Of a stretch of 64,000 nucleotides of DNA, positions 59,676-64,000 are shown piece after piece. Below the pieces are notes generated by a model. That model was not told where the DNA came from. It made no database searches and saw only the letters and a program-made list of their open reading frames with translations. Made by a program: the position numbers and the translations under genes. The stretch comes from Paraspadella gotoi (Eukaryota > Animalia > Chaetognatha): the NCBI GenBank assembly GCA_051294375.1, contig CM119268.1, positions 3,437,856 to 3,501,855 of the forward strand, in the 5' to 3' direction. The stretch's first letter is position 1. Each line of letters opens with the position of its first letter.

Positions 59676-62600
59676 GCCACTTGCTTCAAGTCTTCCTCCA
59701 CTGCGACGACACCGTCTCCTTCACCATCAACATCTACTTCGATACTTAGATGACCCGCCTCCTCCATCTCCGCCTCCGTGGCCGATCCCTCCACCCCCGC
59801 CTCCGCTACCACCGCTTCCGCCGCCGCCGCCCACTCGATCTTCAAGGAGAACGAGATGACTACGGTAGCCGAAGAGGACGTGGTAGACCAAGAGGACGTG
59901 GATGTCGAGGAGGACGTGGAGGTCGAGGACTTGGTAGCCGAGGATGTGGATGCCAAGGAGAACTCGGAAGTCAAAGATGCAATAGCCAACAAGGATGCAG
60001 TTGCGATCGAGGATATAGCCGAGGCTGTGGAGGATGCCGAGGATGCGGAGGCCGCCATGGAGGCCGAGGAGATCTTGGATGCCGAAGAGACATCGGATGC
60101 CAAGGAGATATCAGATGCCATGGATTCAGAAGCCAAAGAGGACGCAATGGCTTCAGACTATTTGGAAGCCAAAGAGGACGTAATGGCTTAGGAAGATCAG
60201 GATTGCCTTGGCTCGCCGGGCACGGCTTAGGACGATTTGGAAGCCAAAGAGGATACCGAGGTCAAAGAGAATGCGATGGCCAAGGATGCGATGGCTACAG
60301 AGGACACGGTAGCCCAGGAGGATGCTATGGCCAAGGATGCGACGGCCACAGAGGACGCGGTAGCCCAGGAGGACGCGGTAGCCCAGGAGGACGCGGTAGC
60401 CCAGGAGGATGCAGTAGCCCAGGAAGACGCGATGGCCAAGGATGTGATGGACGAAGATGGGGTAGCCCAGGAGATCGCGATGGCCAAGAAGAACATGGTA
60501 GCCCAGGATTACGGGGTAGTCCAGGATTACGGGGTAGCCCAAGATTACGGGGTAGCCCAGGAGGACGCGATGGCCAAGGAGGATGCGATGGCCAAGGAGG
60601 ATGTGATGGCCAAGGAGGATGCATCCTTTGCGTCCTCTTTGGCCATCGCAGATACCAAAGAAGACGCAGATACCGAAGAAGACGCAGATACCAAAGAGGA
60701 CACGGTAGTCCAGAACGGGATGGCCAAGGAGGACGCGATGGCCAAGGATGCGATAGCCACAGAAGATACGGTAGCCCAAGAGAATGCAGAGGCCAAAGAG
60801 GATGCAGAGGCCGAAGAGGATTCAGATGCCAAAGAGGACACGGTACCCCAGGAGGAAGTGATAGCCAAGGAGAATACGATAGCCAAGGAGATTTGGATAG
60901 CCAAAGAGATTTGGATAGCCAAGGAGATTTGGATAGCCAAGGAGAATGTGATGGCCAAGGCCGTAGGGGATGCAGAGGCCGTAGGGATGCAGAGGCCGTA
61001 GGGGATGCAGAGGCCGAAGAGGATTCAGATGCCAAAGAGGACACGGTACCCCAGGAGGAAGTGATAGCCAAGGAGAATGGATAGCCAAAGAGAATTGGAT
61101 AGCCAAGGAGAATGGATAGCCAAGGAGAAATTGGATAGCCAAGGAGAATTGGATAGCCAAGGAGAATTGGATGGCCAAGGCCGTAGGGGATGCAAGAGGC
61201 CGTAGGGATGCAAGGGGCCGTAGGGGATGCAGAGGCCGTAGGGGATGCAGAGGCTGTAGATGCAGAGGCCATAGAGGATGCGATGGCCAAGGATTCAGAG
61301 GTTGTAGAGGACGCAGAGGCCAAGAAAAACGCGGTACCCCAGAAGGATGCGATGACCAAGACGGATGCGATGACCAAGACGGATGTGATAGCCAAGACGG
61401 ATGTAATAGAAAAGGCCGTAAAGGATGCAGAGGCCGTAAAGGATGTGATGGCCAAGGATTCGGGGGCTGTAAAGGACGCAGAGGCCAAAAAGGATGCATT
61501 ACCCCAGAAGAATGCGATGGCCAAGACGGATGCGATGGCCAAGACGGATGCGATGGCCAAGACGGATGCGATGGCCAAGACGGATGCGATGGCCAAGACG
61601 GATGCGATAGAGAATGCTGCAGATGCTGTAGATGCAGATGCTGTAGATGCAGATGCCATAGATGCAGATGCTGTAGATGCAGATGCCATAGATGCAGATG
61701 CTGTAGAGGATGCAGAGGCCGTAGAGGATGTGATGGTCAAGGATTCAGGGGCTGTAGAGGGCACAGAGGCCAAAAAGGACGCAGTACCCTGGAAGGATGC
61801 GATGACCAAGACGGATGCAATGGCGAAGGAGAATGCGATAGAGAATGCCGTAGAAGATGCGATAGCCAAAGATTCAGGGGCTGTAAAGGATGCAGAGGCC
61901 AAAAAGGACGCGGTACTCCAGAAGGATGCGATGATCAAGATGAATGTGATTGCCAAGACAAATGCGATTGCCAAGACAAATGCAATTGCCAAGACAAATG
62001 CGATTGCCAAGACAAATGCGATTGCCAAGACAAATGCGATTGCCAAGACAAATGCGATTGCCAAGACAAATGCGATTGCCAAGACAAATGCGATTGCCAA
62101 GACGAATGCAATTGCCCAGACGAATGCGTTTGCCCAGACGGATTTAGGGGCCGTAGAGGATTCAGAGGCCGTAGAAGATTCAGAGGCCCCAGAGGATGCA
62201 ATGGCCAAGAAGAATGCGATGGCCAAGGAGGGTTCAGGGGCCATAAAGGATTCAGAGGCCGTAGAAGATTCAGAGGCCCAAGAAGATGCAGAGGCCAAAG
62301 AGGACGCGGTTCCCCAGGAAGATGTGATGGCCAAGAAGGATGCGATGGCCAAAGATTCAGAGGCCGTAGAAGATTCAGAGGCCAAAGAGGACCCAGAGGC
62401 CAACGAGGATGCGATGGCCAACGAGGATACGGTAGCCCGGGTGGACGCGGTAGCCCGGGTGGACGCGGTAGCCCGGGTGGACGCGGTAGCCCGGGTGGAC
62501 GCGGTGGCCCGGGTGGACGCGGTAGCCCGGGTGGACGCGGTGGCCCGGATGGACGCGGTAGCCCGGGTGGACGCGGTAGCCCGGGTGGACGCGGTAGCCC

Positions 62601-62728
62601 AAGAGGACGCGGTAGCCGAGGTGGACGCAGCGGCCAATGAGAAATCGCAGACCATGAAGAACACTGGAGAACGATTGAAGAACGAACATGTTGGCCGAAT
62701 GCTTGGCCGATGCTTGATAAACATTTAA
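59676..62728 (+). CDS. large exon for an Ala/Asp/Glu/Lys-rich hexapeptide-repeat protein, nested antisense in a dynein intron
   Basis: ttttaatttccag acceptor at 59674-59675. Near-continuous ORFs 59778-60191, 60237-61001 and 61190-62728 share one 18-bp periodic frame (AKEDAM, AQEDAV, AKTNAI, ARVDAV). An in-frame TAG and frameshifts may be errors or decay. Confidence 0.65.
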
Positions 62729-64000
62729 ACAGAAAAGGAACAATCAAGCAAACGGAAAAAATATCTCCGGCGTTGCTATCCAACGATGCTGCTACCCAAC
62801 AATGGCACAAGTCAAGATTAGAAACGGCAAGACATTGTCGCGAGAAAATATTCATTCTCTTTTATGTAGTAGTTTGAAAAATGTTTTTATTATCGTCATG
62901 ATTGTTTATAATTTCATCGTACAATAAAACAATAAAACCGGCCGTGTAAATTTATATCAAGTCGCGATTTAAAATTAAAAAACGTAAATATTTGAATCAG
63001 TTAGGCCTTAGGGGTAATGTCTAATAATGTTACGTCACGTTAACTCACCCCGACGATAATATCTTCGAAATAAGGACCTATCACGTCATGTTAGCTCGCC
63101 CACACGCAAAAGATCTTCGAATAAAGGGCCAGACATTGGAGAAAATTCGCCAAAAGTTATCAAAATCATTTTTCTCCGAATCTCGGTCGGTCGATCATTT
63201 CCATCAAACGCCGTTTTTTCTTTTTTTTTTCCTCAATCAAACTTGACCTTAATAAATGACCGGTTTCACAGGTCATCATAAAATTTTATGTGAGGTTTTA
63301 TGATCAGCGAGAGATAGTCGGCGATCTTCAACCAGTTTTTCGACTAAATCAAAATTACGATTATTTTTCTCCTTCTAAAAACTTTTATTAAAATCGCCAT
63401 TTATTCCGAGAGTTATTTTACGGCTCCGAGATTTAGGAGTCGGAATACGTTTTACGAGGTCGCACGAACCCGCAAGTTGTTGGAAGATGATTCCCCGTTA
63501 GAATGGCTGTACTATCTTATTATTGAGATTGTTACTGGTTAAAATGTTTATGAATTAATATCTAATAAGCTTAACTGAAAGGAGATAAGCAATGGTGGCT
63601 GATTACATTATTTATTTTATTATTAACTTAATGGTAATACACGAGATAAATAAGGGTTAATATGTAATGATGTATTATTAATTAAAAGTAGTAAGCTACG
63701 AAAAGAGCATAGTGGTTAAGACAGACACTGAAATCCGAGCTGAATTATGGCCAGAATTTTGACAATAACATTCTTCTATCGAAACCTCAGCTAGTCTCTC
63801 TAAGAAAAATACTTTCATTTGTAAAGCTACAATATTCGAATCTTACTTGTAAAACTCAATCATTATCAAACCCTATTAAAAGAATAGCTAAAATCGTAAA
63901 ATCAGACTACAATGAAAACCGAATCAAAATATAATAAAAATGATCTAATCTGCGGAAATATGTAAATGAGATTGAAGAACTCAATCTCATTAGAAATTAA

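Noticed and set aside
60325-62724. 799-aa minus-strand ORF and Gly/Arg/Cys-rich alternative-frame ORFs
   Set aside because: Shadow frames of the 18-bp repeat; the acidic plus frame has the splice acceptor and consistent codon pattern.
63706-63745. GCATAGTGGTTAAG A-box-like motif suggesting a tRNA
   Set aside because: No T-arm/B-box or cloverleaf follows.

Overview
Animal (invertebrate-like) nuclear DNA from an error-prone, gapped draft assembly: AT-rich, many (GA)n microsatellites, short GT-AG introns and several large near-identical duplications. The main gene is the 3' half of an outer-arm beta-type axonemal dynein heavy chain (DNAH9/11/17 class) on the minus strand, from about 58217 to the stop at 26011. 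Its introns hold two antisense nested genes: an intronless membrane-anchored HHxxxDG acyltransferase/condensation-domain gene and an 18-bp-repeat acidic protein. A plus-strand low-complexity gene with Tyr motifs (18147-21164) ends in a 33-bp tandem array that repeats its own C-terminus and UGA stop. The most striking observation is a ~250-bp LTR-like repeat (TGTGGC...GCCATA, apparent 4-bp TSD). It occurs five times, twice as the paired LTRs of a 734-bp non-coding mini-retroelement (37968-38701). Its consensus folds into a type-P5 twister ribozyme with a palindromic mini-P1, making it a candidate twister-based LTR 'retrozyme'. An apparent empty insertion site is present in the same window. All coordinates, alignments and folds were read by eye, and nothing was computed or searched.
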